DNA of 36,769 nt from Vicugna vicugna (taxonomy: Eukaryota). Both the position numbers and the translations under genes were made by a program. Location of the stretch: assembly GCA_013265495.1 (NCBI GenBank), contig MU057560.1, forward strand, positions 3,658,909 through 3,695,677, written 5' to 3'. Position 1 is the stretch's first letter, and every line of letters starts with the position of its first letter. Shown here piece by piece: positions 10,699-23,129 of the stretch. Under the pieces are notes generated by a model that was given only the letters and a program-made list of their open reading frames with translations, had not been told where the DNA came from and made no database searches.

Positions 10699-13600
10699 GT
10701 TTCTTTTTTAAAGAAAACTTGGACTGCCATCCAAAAGGAACAAGTATGGTGTACATAGTGTGGCCAAGCAAATAAGTTGGGATTCTGAACAGTCCTTTGA
10801 TTGTACCAATTCTCAGGCATCTTGCCATCTTAACCTTTGTTGCATCAGCCTGGACTGCAAAGGCCTTTACCTTTTGGGGAGTAAACTTTTGAATTTTATT
10901 TAGGCAGCACTCCCCACCTCATGTGGGAGAGTCGCTTCATCTTATTAGTTTAAAATCACTACTAATATATATTGATATATTAATATATGTAATTGATATA
11001 TATTGATATATCTCATTGATGGCCATATGATCTATCCTTTAAATTGGAGAAACTTCTAAATTGGTGAAAGCTGAGAGAGCTCTCATTATAAACAGCTGCT
11101 TTATTGGCACCTATTAAAATCAATCAAGGTTAAAGGTGGGAAAATATATATAATTATTAGTCTAAGAACTTAGAAAAAAAATGGTTTAGAAAGCTACATT
11201 TGTTATTTCCCTTTCCCTTTAATGGGTTTTAGAGATGCTAATAAAAACATTAGAATAATTAATGTTAATTAGGTTGAGTAACTGGAAAAAGGAATGTAAA
11301 AAAGGTCAAAAGATTTTTTTCTTAACAAGGGAAAAATAAGGGACTTATCCGAAATGGATAAATATGTTTAGATGTTTATTTGGAATGTGATAAATAAAAT
11401 GGACATTTATGGATTAAGATACAAGGTTTTGATTCTACACTACGTAAAGTTTAAAAAAGCCAAAGGGATCACCTACTGGACCCCGACAATAAAGTTCAAA
11501 CAAGTCCACTTTATTTACCCCAGTTTAAAATATATATATTTATAGGGCTGGAAAAAATATATAGACTGATATACTTGATCAATGATTGGGGCAACAGACC
11601 AATTAATCAAATTAAAAATTGACAAGGGCCTAAGTCCTTTGGCTCAAACTTGGGGATCCCAGAGACTTTTATATAAAATTATATAAAGTGGACAAGAAAT
11701 AAAAGAAAAACGCATCTGACACTCTTTCTAGAAATAAGACTTATTGATTAAACCTAATAAATATTAAAATTTAGGGTATAAGAGTTGATAAAATTGAGAT
11801 AATGGTTTATAAAATTGATATATTTAAGTGGGCTTTATATAACCTCTTTTGCTTAATTATGTTGTGGGATGGATATATTTCAATGAAAAATGCTTCCCTT
11901 TCTTGGTATTATAAGACTGGGCACATATCCGTCCCTCAGAAAATATTAATAAAAAATAGTAAAGGAAATGAATAGAGTTACCTGAGCTGTCCAATATAAA
12001 GTAGAACTAAAAACTAATATTCAGGGACTAATAAAAAAATAATAAGAGATTTACCCTGGGTTTAACTTATAACTCAAGGAAAAGAGACCTTACTAAATGC
12101 CTTATGCAAACTTTTGAAGACATGATATAGTAAGCCTTAAAATTAAAAAAAAATAAAAATTCTTTGTTTAGAGCTCTTCTCACTGATACAGAAAAGCAAA
12201 TTAAGGAGCTACAATTGGACCTAGGTGACAGACCAGTTCTTTCAGGAACTGGAAGCAACTCTTTGTCTTGCAGATCAGAAATATAAATACAGCAAGCAAT
12301 GACCTGAGACTGAGCCTAATTAGCTCAATGAAATAAAAACTTAAAGCCAAAGAAACTTTTGGCATTTTAGAACTCAGAAATCTGAAGGGTCCTTCAGATT
12401 TTGTCAAGGACAAATAGAAATCTAAATATCTTTTTCATAAATAGTAAGCCTTAGTGATTTGAGCAAGCAAATTCAATGTATTCCATCATTTATAAGCAGT
12501 AAATTTATATTGTAATAGCTAACTCATAACTAAGTTTTAAAGTGAAGCTATGAGACCTCTAGTTTTGTCTGTTTATAAGTCTGTGTACACGTTATAGATA
12601 TGAGATGTCTCTACTGCTAAAAAATATCAAAATCAAAGAGCTCTACTTAACTGACTAAAAAATAAGCACTACAAATTAAATATTTCTAAAGTAAAAATTG
12701 ACCAAACTGAGTTTCAGGTTCACGTGAGCTGGAAAATAATCGATATTAAGTTAATACTTGGTATTAAATTTAGTTTAAGTTTGTTCTAATTAATATAGAC
12801 ATCTTTAGAGTCAGCAATATTAAGTATAATACCTTTACTATACCTAGGTTTAATGAAAGTCAAATAAGGTCTTGTTATATCTGTTGCAGATTTGTCACAC
12901 ACACAAAAAAAAGTAATAACGTGGTGATAAAATTCTAAGTAAATTAAATACAAATGAGCTAAGAGCTTTTTAGTACATGCTTTAGAAATATATTTTTAGA
13001 AAAGCATGCTTAAGATAATCTCTGTAAATATTTGGTATCTTAAAATTCAAGAGTTGTGCTAAATTAAGTTAAATGATGAGAGTTTATTAAATAGCTATGT
13101 CATTTTCAGATAAAATAAGATTGAAATATTAATTGCTTAACATTTGACTTCCTCTTATAGAGAAACTAAAGGTGTTTAGAAATGTTAATAAATGATTAGT
13201 GCCATCCTGAATTCTCTACTAGTAAGGGAAACATCTCAGTATCCTAGGAAAGTAAGATGAATGTGTAAAAGAAGGTATGAGAAATGGAATTATATTTTTG
13301 GTTAATGGGAAATAGTGACTTTGTCCTGAAGCTGGTTACTTCTGAATGGAAGAGAAAATAAGGGACAAGATAATATGGTATAGAAAGTTGTTGAAGGCTT
13401 GTGGAAGAGAGATCCTGAGGAAATAATTTTGTACATGGTCAGGATTGGTTAAGTTTAGAATAAATTTAATAGAATCTTAGAAGTAAGCTGGTACAAGACT
13501 AGATTTGGTTTTCTCTCTGTTAAGAGGACAAAGTTTTCTTAAAATGTTAATCTGCCTTCACTAACAGATTGTAAAGTTTCTTTTATCCCTTAAGTGATCT

Positions 13601-14938
13601 ATTCTGCATTTACTTTTGAAATATTTTCTTGTTAATGAATAAGTACTGTTTCATAGTGACCTATACTTTTATCTGACCAAGTGTTTTGAAACTTTTTAAC
13701 AAGTTTCCCAAATATCAAACTTTAATCAGAATTCTTCTGACCTCTGGCTAAATCTGGGATGCTTTAGAGGGCCCCTGAAACATCCCAAAGAGAGATTGTA
13801 AACTAGTAATTTCATTTGTTATGTTAAATTATGTGGGAAGTATTGTCAAATGAATAATAAATCTTCCTAGATTATATTGTATGAGATAATACTATTAATG
13901 TAGATATTCTACAAATTATATGGAATCCCTAAAAATATGGTATATCTGAAATGTTACCAGTCATAATTCTGGTTATTGTGACCAGGTTTCTTTATTGATT
14001 ATAGTGTAACTAGGTGTTTAATCATGCTTTTAAGTCTTTTGTCATTTAGAGACAGTTATTGTTTTATAGTGATGCTTTTGCAAAATGCTTTCTCTTCGAG
14101 GAGATTTGCTGGTTTCTAATAAATTTTAAACTCTAGCACTGAACTAAACTGGGTAAGAAATTTTAAAGATCTGATGAAAACTCTGATTTCATAAAACTGT
14201 TAACAAAAGGATTAGTTACATGGGACTGAGTAAACTGATGAATATGGTTATAATTTTTGATTTTTGTCTGAAATATTACTGGCTTTTAATCTGTGTTTCC
14301 CAGACATAAAGAAAGCCTTCTCCTTAAGCTAATTATGACTCAAAGCAATTTGACAAACATACCTATGTAAGCAGAGTTGGAACAGTTTCTTTTCTCTCTA
14401 TCTGATCCCTCCAGAGACTGGAAACACTTAGGTGGCTCTATCAGATAAATTAGGAAAATCACCTCCTAACAGGTATAGGAATCACAAAGTATTTTGAGGA
14501 CCTTAAAGAGAAAAAAGTTCACCTAAATCTGTGAGGCAAAAATCTATGACAAGCCCTTAATGTAGCTTTCTTGGCCTTAGAAAAGCTTATTAAAATTATA
14601 GCCTGAGACTTCTTATTAAAAGTTCCAACATAGCCATTTTAAAAGAACATCTATGATCAAATAATCAGTCTTAACTTGTAAACAAATTCATCTTGATTTG
14701 GCTATATTTGATAAAAATGGGGGTAACTTCAGAGAGAAAATGATTATATTTTAGTGGATATTAAATTCTAGTTTTGTTAATTGAGGTCTATATTTACTAA
14801 GACTCACTTCCCAGATCATTCCTTGCTGCTATGTTACATTGCTGCAAAGTTTAATTGAATTATGAAAAGGACAGTCTAGGTTTGTTTCTGAAGCTCTGTA
14901 ATCTACCCTTGGATGAAGACCCAATTCCCCATGATCCA

Positions 14939-15075
14939 CAACCGGGGCATTACACATACTGGAACAGACATGACTTAAAAAACTATCTCCAACCTGGATG
15001 GAAGGGCCCTTTATCAGGTACTCTTAACTAGATCATACACAGCAGAAACTGAAGGAAACTGAATTTTGGATTAAT
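14939..15075 (+). pseudogene. Retroviral integrase C-terminal (GPY/F) remnant, frameshifted
   Basis: Translates QPGHYTYWNRHDLKNYLQPGWKGP/YQVLLT...KLKETEFWI, matching gammaretroviral WKGPYxVLLT...WIH. Confidence 0.8.
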
Positions 15076-15249
15076 TTCCAGTCAGAAAGAGTCCCTGCAC
15101 TGGACTGACCTATAGAGCACTGCTCTCCTTAAAACAATGCTCAAATGGAGAAGAAGATACCAGGCCAGGATGAGAAGACATCTGAGGTAGACATCTGACC
15201 CGAGACACTGGACCAGGCCTGTCTACCAATTATTTTGATAATTGCTCAT

Positions 15250-15930
15250 ACCTTTGCTTATGAACTAATCCAATTGTCAGGTTTATGGTCAATTACTTAT
15301 ATCTACCACTTCTGTGTTACCTTGGTGTGTTTCCCTACTCCAAGGCTCTAACTAGATAGCCCTCAGAAAATTTATTCTAAAAAAGAAATTACAGCTTTTT
15401 AGGCCACTATTGACATTACAAGATGGGAGACCTCACCTGGCCAATTAATAATACCTGCTCTGAGCCTGACCATAAATATGAATATTCTTATAAGATCACT
15501 CAAGCTCAATCAAGGCAACAAGCAAAGAATATTACTTCCCTCAATTATGGAAAGGACTTATATAGTTAACACCAGGGTATGGACATTCAAGTTTAAAGGC
15601 TCTCTTATGTTGGAAAAATTAAGCTATACTAAAGATAACCAACCCAGTAACACTATGAAATTTGGCTGGGAGTCTTATGACAATGCCTGTATAACATCTT
15701 CCTTAAAGATAAGGATTAGTACAGAACAGACTAATTCATATGACCTGGGAATTCACTGAGCTTCACCTAATGGAAGTTTTTGGCTTAAATTCTTATGACC
15801 TTACTAATACTGTTAACTATAGTATTTGTATTTTGCCTTTTTTATAAAATTGTTTCTGCATTACCAAATGTGTGACTGAGCCTCTGATAAAATAATGACT
15901 AGGCAACTTGAAACAGTAGATGAGATATAT
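15250..15930 (+). pseudogene. Deleted retroviral env remnant
   Basis: SNCQVYGQLLISTTSVLPWCVSLLQGSN* (CWVC-type SU start), GIH*ASPNGSFW, then hydrophobic LMTLLILLTIVFVFCLFYKIV (TM anchor-like). Confidence 0.65.
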
Positions 15931-16206
15931 ACTTCTGTATGACCAATGATTGTAATAGTGCAACTCTAGATATGGGACGAAGCAACATGAGGGAATATTT
16001 TCCTGGATCATGATAGATTAGTAAAATAGGTGACCCAGAGAATTTTTGAGTATCAACAGGGCCTGAGCCAAAAATTAACACTTGAGTGGCATGTCAACAG
16101 AATCTTCTGCCTGATCTAGGAATGAGCCTTCGTAGCATTATGGGACAGAATTGGTCATGAAATGTCTCCCAAAATATTGGTCAAATTTAGGACCAAGGGG
16201 GAGCAC

Positions 16207-16478
16207 TGTGAATGAAAAATACTGCAAACTATATCAGTAAACAAAGAATGCTGAAGCTATCAAGTCATCAGCGGCTGCCACCAACCCCCAGTGAAGACAA
16301 GCCTGCAGCCCAGCCTCTGCAGCTGCTCACAATGGTGCCCTCTGAGGGGACTCAGAATAATAAAGGACAAGATACTGGCCCTAGATAGCTAGATGCTTGT
16401 CAAAGGAATGAATTCAACAAGCTCAAATGTTTGCTTCCTCCCATAAATAGAAAAGCACTAAATTCTTTAACTTGAGAT
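16207..16478 (+). mobile_element. 3' LTR of provirus, truncated; PPT aagggggag immediately upstream
   Basis: Direct repeat of 9210-9481, ending abruptly at ...cttgagatg. Confidence 0.9.
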
Positions 16479-16479
16479 G

Positions 16480-17636
16480 TGTTGGATGCCTTTTTTTCTA
16501 ACCCTCCAGACAATTTAATTTGTGCAGTACAGTTACTGAAGTTGACAGGGTCAATTTGGACACCAGGGAGGTGTCAACATGTGAACTCATCTTGTTTCCA
16601 GGAGGGCTCCCTTACAGGGTGGTTCTCAGAAGTGCCTATAGTCTGTTTCTAAGTTTTAGCATTTTATGTTATCTGGAGAGACAGGGAATTCCCCAAATCA
16701 TCCTCTGGCCCCCCCTTTGTTCAATAGTCCTTCTTTCAGCTATCTGTCTCCTTTTTGCTATTTAGTTTAACAGCAAGGAAGAAGCAGCTAGGAGACACTC
16801 AGTACTTTCTGGAAATCTTAGCTAGTTCACCTAATGCTTGGGCTCATTTTGAACTTTCCACATTACTGTAGGAACAGTGTTACTAAACTTTCTGACACTA
16901 GATAACAAAGATCCTCTTTCCTCTAGTTTGTAGTCAGAGTTTTTGATACTATCCTGTAAGTCCTGTCAACTGAAATAAATGCACAGCCTAAAAGTTAAGA
17001 GTTATGTTTTATTTGGTGGGAGGACTCGAGACGGCATGACAGCCTCTCAGATCACTCTGAGTGACTGCTCCCAAGAGGTAGGGGAGGAGCTAGGATATAT
17101 AGGAGCTTTACAACAAAGACCAGGTAGTTGGAACAATAAAAGATTACTTGTTATCTAAAGAAAACCAGGCATCTCAAGTTAAAGAATTTAGTGCTTTTCT
17201 ATTTATGGGAGGAAGCAAACATTTGGGCTCACTGAATTCATTCCTTTGACAAGCACCTAGCTATCCAGGGCTAGTATCCTGTCCTTTGTTATTCTGAGTC
17301 TGCTTAGAGTGCACCATTGTGAGTGGCTGCAGAGGCTGGGCTGCAGGCCCATCCCCACTGGGGGGGGTGGCAGCAGCCACTGATGACTTGGTTTCAGCAT
17401 TCTTTGTTTACTGATATGGTTGCAGTATTTTCACTCACACTGCAGTGTTTTCATTCACAGTCCTCACTAACAGCCTCCTGAAAATATGGACTTCTGTTAA
17501 CAGTCTGTTGACACCAAGTCAAGCTTTCACTAACACTTCTGAAATCCTTTTCACTTTCTCCCACTGCCTGATATCAAAGCCACTCCCACATTTTAGGTTT
17601 TTGTTATAACAACCCAGTGCTATAGGTACCAAAATT
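16480..17636 (-). mobile_element. MLT1 (MaLR) internal region, split by the solo LTR at 16964
   Basis: cccacattttaggtttttgttataac...ggtaccaaaatt|tgta is the typical MLT-int/LTR junction in reverse; left boundary approximate. Confidence 0.7.
16964..17459 (-). mobile_element. Solo ERV1 LTR of the same family as the provirus LTRs
   Basis: Reverse complement of 9210-9682; TG...CA; TSD GTCC (16960-16963, 17460-17463). Confidence 0.95.
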
Positions 17637-18501
17637 TGTATGAATTGTGTAATGTTGCTTAACACATTACCGTGCAGTTTATCAACTTAGCAAACACTTA
17701 TGTTCTCCCATAGTTTTTGTGGGTCCAGTATCCAGGCGGGGGGTAGCTGGGTGGTTCTGACTCATGACCTCTCATGAGGTTGCAGCCAAGTCATCATCAT
17801 TACCATCTGGTGCTGGAGGATCTGCCTCCAAGGTGATTGTTACTCCTTTGCCTGGTACATTATTGCTGGTGGAGGGCAGTTCCTCCTGGTTCCCTGCATG
17901 TGTTTGTTTGTGTGTGCTCAAAGTGTGTGGTTCCAGGCATCCCCTAGAGTCTGTGAGCCTAGAAAGAGAGCAAGGAGGAATATCCTCTGCCTTAGACCTG
18001 TTCTCCAAAGTTTCAAACATCACATACTTTTAAATTTTATTTTTGGTTTTTAACTCCTTAATTGTGATATGGTTTCTGTATAGTAAACTACACATATTTC
18101 AAACGTACAGTCTGGTGAATTTTGATAGACGTATACACCCATGAAGCCACGACCGCAATCAAGATAGGTAACATTTCCATCATTCCCCAAGAAGTGCGAA
18201 TTTTAAACTCCTGATTTACCCCTTCCCACCCCGTTTACCCACTGGTAACCATAAGCTTGTTCTTTATGTCTGTGACTCTGTTTCTGTTTTTCATTAAGTT
18301 CATTTGTGTCTTTTTTTTTTTTTAAGATTCCACACTTAAGTGATATCATATAGCATTTTTCTTTCTATTTCTGGCTATGTTACATGATTTTTTGTTTGTT
18401 AAATGCAAAACTCTAAATTCAGCCCACAATCAAAGGTAGAGGAATTAGGCTCTCCCTCTTGAAATGATCAAGGAATTTGTGGGCCTATTTAAACCATCAT
18501 A
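17637..18501 (-). mobile_element. MLT1 LTR interrupted by L1 3' fragments (~18030-18376)
   Basis: catagtttttgtgggtccag...gctgggtggttctgactc...ctctcatgaggttgcagccaag and terminal gaatttgtgggcctatttaaaccatcata. Confidence 0.7.
18030..18376 (-). mobile_element. L1 3' end fragments (old L1M tail plus a younger camelid-type 3' UTR)
   Basis: gaattttgatagacgtatacacccatgaagccac; ggtaaccataagcttgttctttatgtctgtgactctgtttctg; agattccacacttaagtgatatcata. Confidence 0.75.
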
Positions 18502-18994
18502 GTAGGGTCAATTTATATCTCTTCACTCAAGGAACTCAAGGAACACAGTCCTTTCTACCTGATGTGCAGTTTCTGAAAACATTTGCTTCATATGTTTGGT
18601 CATTTTTCTAGTTGCTTACGGCAATGGGCTAGTCTCATGCTGGTTATATCAGAGATCTCAATGCACTGATTTGGACCTTACATGCAGATTTCCTTCTCTC
18701 TGGTTTCAATTTCCTCACCTTTAAAGTGGAAATCTTTGACTTAAAAAAAGAAACAGCAACAGAAAGTTACAGTTTTACTCTCTGCTTCCATTCCCTAAAC
18801 ATTCAATTATTTCCTTATTTACCTTTGAGTGACCTTAGATTTGTGAAGAAAATGTTAAGTAGCAGCAAAAGTCTACTTTATCATATAAATTATCTGCCCC
18901 TTTACTGTACAAATTATCTAACATTTGACTATGGCTGCCTATTGCCTAACACAGGCCCAGGCATTACAGGCACCAATAAAAGTGTGAATGACTC

Positions 18995-19612
18995 CTGGGC
19001 ATATGTTCAGAGGGAACTTTAATTTGAAAAGACACATGCACCCCAATGTTTGTAACAGCACTATTCACAACAGCCAAGAAATGGAAACAACCTAAATGTC
19101 CATCAACAGACGGCTGGTTAAAGAAGTTGTGGTATATTTATACAATGGAATACTACTCAGCCGTAGAAAAGAATACAATAATGCCATTTGCAGCAACAGT
19201 GGTGGACCTGGAGATCATCATTGTAAGTGAAGTAAGCCAGAAAGAGAAAGAAAAATAACAAATGATATTACTTATATGTGGAATATTTTTTAAAAAGACA
19301 AATGAACATATTTACAAAACAGAAACAGACACAGACATAGAAGACAAACTTATAGGAAGTGAAGTTGGGGAAAGGGGGTGGAAAGGGATAAAGTGGGAGT
19401 TTGAGATTTGCAGATACTAACTACTATATATATATATATATATATAACAAGGTTCTGCTGTAGAGCACAGGGAACTATATTCAATATCCTGCAGTCACCT
19501 ATCATGGAAAAGAATATGAAAAAGAACATATGTATATATACATATGACTGAACTATCATGCTGTGCCCCAAGAGTGACACAACATTGTAAATGGACTATA
19601 TTTCAATTTTAA
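18995..19612 (+). mobile_element. 5'-truncated lineage-specific (camelid-type) L1 with a 17-bp TSD
   Basis: ORF2 end MFVTALFTTAKKWKQPKCPSTDGWLKKLWYIYTMEYYSA; 3' UTR gggagtttgagatttgcagatactaac...; TSD aaaagtgtga(a/g)tgactc at 18978-18994 and 19613-19629. Confidence 0.95.
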
Positions 19613-19893
19613 AAAAGTGTGAGTGACTCAGTACTGCTGTCTTTTTCTGTCTTGTACTAGCTCTGGAATGTGAGCACAAGGAGCAGGGCAATACAGCAGT
19701 AACACAGGGGCCTGGATGCTGGCTAAGCAAGATGTAGCTCTGGAAAGGCACAGGCAGCTCACTTCTTATTGTTAATGAAAACTGATTATGGTCCAGATGC
19801 CAATAGTTCTCCATTTGTGTGCTCTGTGAAACCATGTTTGGGGAGTGTTGGAAAGGAGCCCCAGGCCCCGTCTGATACTTTCATGTTTGTAGG

Positions 19894-20310
19894 TGTCTAA
19901 TGAAAAAAAGCACAACCTAAAAGTTGATCATTACATTTTATTTGGGGACATGGCTGAGGACTATAGCCTGGAAGCAGCTCCTCACATAGCTCTGAGGAAC
20001 TGTTCCAAAGAGGTAAGGGAGGAGCCAGGTTATATGAGTTTTTGCTGAAAAAAGTATTCAGACATTAAAAGACTATTGCTAATAATGAAAAACATACATC
20101 TTATGTTAAGGATTTTAGTGTTTTTCTGTGTATGGGAAGATTCAAGCATCTGGGCTCATTGAAATTATTCCTTTGATATGCACCTTAACTGTCTAGGGTC
20201 AGTATTCATTTTTTTTTTTTTAATCCTAAATTCCCCTCAGGGTGCACCTTTGGGAGGCAGCTGCTGCAGTGGCTGATGGCTTGATGGCAGCATAATCTGT
20301 TGTCTACATG
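19894..20310 (-). mobile_element. ERV1 LTR, an older relative of the 9210/16964 family
   Basis: tgtctaatgaaaaaaagcacaacctaaaagttg...gaggtaagggaggagccagg...ctgggctcattgaaattattcctttga, collinear with 16964-17440. Confidence 0.8.
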
Positions 20311-20620
20311 GACCTGTACCCATGTTATTATGTCTACACACATAATCTGTGTCTGTACACAGATGAGTGGTCTTTGCCTCTTCCTCTGGGTCCTAAAACA
20401 TCCCACTGAAGGCATTTATGGTAGGTTGACTGTTGGTCTCTCTCCTGGGAATAGAAGCCACTCTGATGAGGTAATTGATAGCTGTAGTCATTCCTCAGAA
20501 GTTTCTGCTTTTATTCAGATAAGGGGAGCTCCAAGAAGGGTTTTTTCCTGCATCTAAATCTCAAGTATCTTCAGCTTAAGTGTCTTTATACCAACTATAG
20601 GGGTCTGCCTGGGTTTCTAT
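20310..20620 (-). mobile_element. Additional ERV LTR fragment
   Basis: tctgcttttattcagataaggggagctcc...tcttcagcttaag...ggggtctgcctgggttt resembles reverse LTR ends; family not identified. Confidence 0.4.
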
Positions 20621-21779
20621 ACCTCCAAGTTTGTTCTTCTTTTTTCAGGATGATCTATTCTGAGCCCCTTGCCTTTTCCATGTGAATTTTAGATTGGTTG
20701 TCAATTTCTGCAAAACACCACCTGGGATTTTGGGAGGGAGAGCTGACAGTCACCAAGACACAAGGAAAGTGGGGGACTGGGAAGCCCCAGGTGTCTTGGC
20801 TCAGCAAACAGGGAAGGTGGGGCTGCTTTCTGGGGTGTAGGGAGTGGCAGGATCACAGCCCTGTGAAGGGCCTGTCAGTCTCAAGGTGAGAGGGGGATGC
20901 AGTGGTTAGACAGATGCATCTGGCCTAGGAGTGGGGTCCAGGGAAGAAGAGGAGAGGCTGGGTCAGGGCTGGTGGGTTACAGCAGACATACTATCCCCAA
21001 AGTGAGAGGGGGACACAGTGTTTGGACAGAGGCATCTGACCTGGGTCAGGAGTCCAGGGAAGAAGGGGAAAGCCCAGGTGGGGGCAGGTGGATTACAGCA
21101 GACTCCATGCAGGGGACTGTGGTCCTGATGGAAGCAGCTCAGACCAGAGAGAATTGGCTGTCAGATGCTCAGTCACTCTCCTATTCCTTTATAAAGCCAC
21201 TGTGTCAGAGTTTGAAACACTGCCAGGGGATCCCTGAGTCCAGTTCTGCCCTGGCTTCATCCAGGGGGCTCAGGTGGAAAACATAACCAGTGCAGGCCCC
21301 ACTCATGTTCCCACAGGGAATGAACCCCATCAAGGCACCAGGCTCACAGACCTCAGGAGACCCCTGCCCTCAGGACTGGTCTTTTTCCTTGCTTTGGCCT
21401 GCTGGTCAGAGAGCCAAGCACCCTATCCTGGCTCCACCCTCCAGGGCCTGGATTCTGGGATAGCTTGGGGGTGGTTCAAAACCCTCATGCTCCTTTATCT
21501 GCCTCAGGGTGAGAATGTCTTAAAGCTGCATTGGCTGATTTCAGAGGTCTGATTATTTCTAGCAGGTATGGGGGGAAGGAAGGGGTGTGAAGTTCCTACA
21601 TCTGCAGGACTTTCCCAGGGTAAAGAGCTGTGCCTTCCCCTGGCCAGTCCACTCCCCACACCATCCACCTAGGAAATTCAGATCCAGGAGTATGAGGGCC
21701 AAGGCTCTCCCCTTGCTCATCTGTGACTTCCTATTCCCACAGCGAGGAGCCTGGCTCCCACCACCTTCCCTTTATCAAC

Positions 21780-22335
21780 TCATTTCTCTTTTCCAGGTTA
21801 CATTCACAGTGGTTTCAGAATTGTTAGCCACTATACCCTGGAAAGAACTTTGTAATATAAAGCCCACAGTTTAACAGTGGTCCATTTTGCCTTTGCAAAA
21901 TTATTCTGTACATTTCCAAAGTTAACTTAGGTCAGTCAGCACCTTTTGCCCCACCACTGACTGTGAGTTTTTCCACCCATTTCTAATACAGTTAGATTCT
22001 GTCACATTGTATGTTCCATCGTGTGATGCTGCTATACCCTAAACAACTAAATTTGAATAGATTATGATTGACCTTTGGGCAAAGGTGTTGACTTAGACAT
22101 AATTATAGTGACTCCAACCTAAAGTTTCACATGGAATACTTCAATCCCCACCCCCACCCCATGATCTGCTCATGTAAGTAGTTTTGCCTTTTCCATAATT
22201 GTCATAAATAGGGTCATACTGTGTGCAGCCTTCTCAGACTGGATTCTTTCACTTAGTAATAGATAAGTAAGATTTACCCATGTCTTTCCGTGGGTTGATG
22301 GTTTAATTTCTATTACTGAGTAGTATTCCACTGCG
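21780..22335 (-). mobile_element. L1MC-type 3' UTR fragments
   Basis: tcagaattgttagcc; ccaaagttaacttaggtcag; ttctcagactggattctttcacttagtaat. Confidence 0.65.
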
Positions 22336-22337
22336 AG

Positions 22338-22620
22338 TGTATGGGAGGAAAATAAGTTTCCCCTCTCCCCTTCTAGGCTCTTGGTTAACACCCCCCCCCC
22401 CAATAAGACAGATTACAGGGAGAAAAAGAAGCAAGTTTAATAACATGTATACATCCTGTATACAGGGGAGATACCCAAGAAAACTGAGTCCCTCCCTGAA
22501 ATGGTCAAAAGCATCACCTTAAATATCACCTTCAGCTAAAAACAAAAGCAAGGCCTCAGGGAGGGAGGGAGGAATTCATTTACCGCAGGTTGTCACGAAA
22601 GCTCAGTAAACAAAGGTGTA
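22338..22620 (-). mobile_element. MER34/MER39-like ERV1 LTR fragment
   Basis: gggaggaaaataagtttcccctc...aagacagattacagggagaaaaag...gggagatacccaagaaaactgag...ccctgaaatggtcaaaagcatcacctt. Confidence 0.6.
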
Positions 22621-22744
22621 AGTTTTAAAGTTTGTGTCTCCATTCACTTCATTCCGTAAGGCTTCCGATTGATTGTTTCTAAGTATTTGGAGAAGTTACA
22701 GATATTGGGCTCTATTTCATTTGAATTCCCAGTTTACAGGATTG

Positions 22745-23022
22745 AGCAGAGCCGCTGTCGGCGCGGGGCCTCTGCTGGCTTTGAGGGCGGCTGGGCCCGC
22801 GCTTTCTCATTGGCTGGCGGGGCCCAGAGCCCACCTCCCCCAGCTGCGGCGGGAACTCGCGTGCGTTCTGCCTGAGGATCCGGCGTCCTGCGCAGCTGAC
22901 TGGAGCCGCGTCTCCTCTGGACCTGCTGGGGCTTCGGGACAGCAGGGGGTTATGTCCCCGCTGACAGGAGCCCCGTCTCCTCAGGACCCAACAGGAGGTG
23001 CTGCACTGAAGGGAAGGTGAGG
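22745..23022 (+). promoter_or_regulatory. Small CpG-rich promoter/first-exon-like element (module copy A)
   Basis: The only CpG-dense patch in the window; reverse CCAAT (attgg ~22809), GC box ggcggggc, putative donor gaag|gtgagg near 23016-23022. Confidence 0.55.
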
Positions 23023-23129
23023 AGGAAGGAAAAGTGAGGGAAAGTGAGAAGTTTCCCACAAGGGGCTGACTGCTGAGGGGAGGCCCTCCTCCTCAGAGGC
23101 CCCAGCAGAGGAAGGGCTGGATGTGAGAA

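Larger units (their letters stand above)
9210..16478 (+). mobile_element. Decayed non-autonomous ERV1 (MER4-group-like) provirus, ~7.3 kb, with a truncated 3' LTR
   Basis: 5' LTR 9210-9682, PBS, leader hairpins, integrase and env remnants, PPT and 3' LTR 16207-16478; no open retroviral ORFs. Confidence 0.9.

Noticed and set aside
19046..19258. 70-aa ORF as a gene
   Set aside because: C-terminus of L1 ORF2 in a 5'-truncated copy
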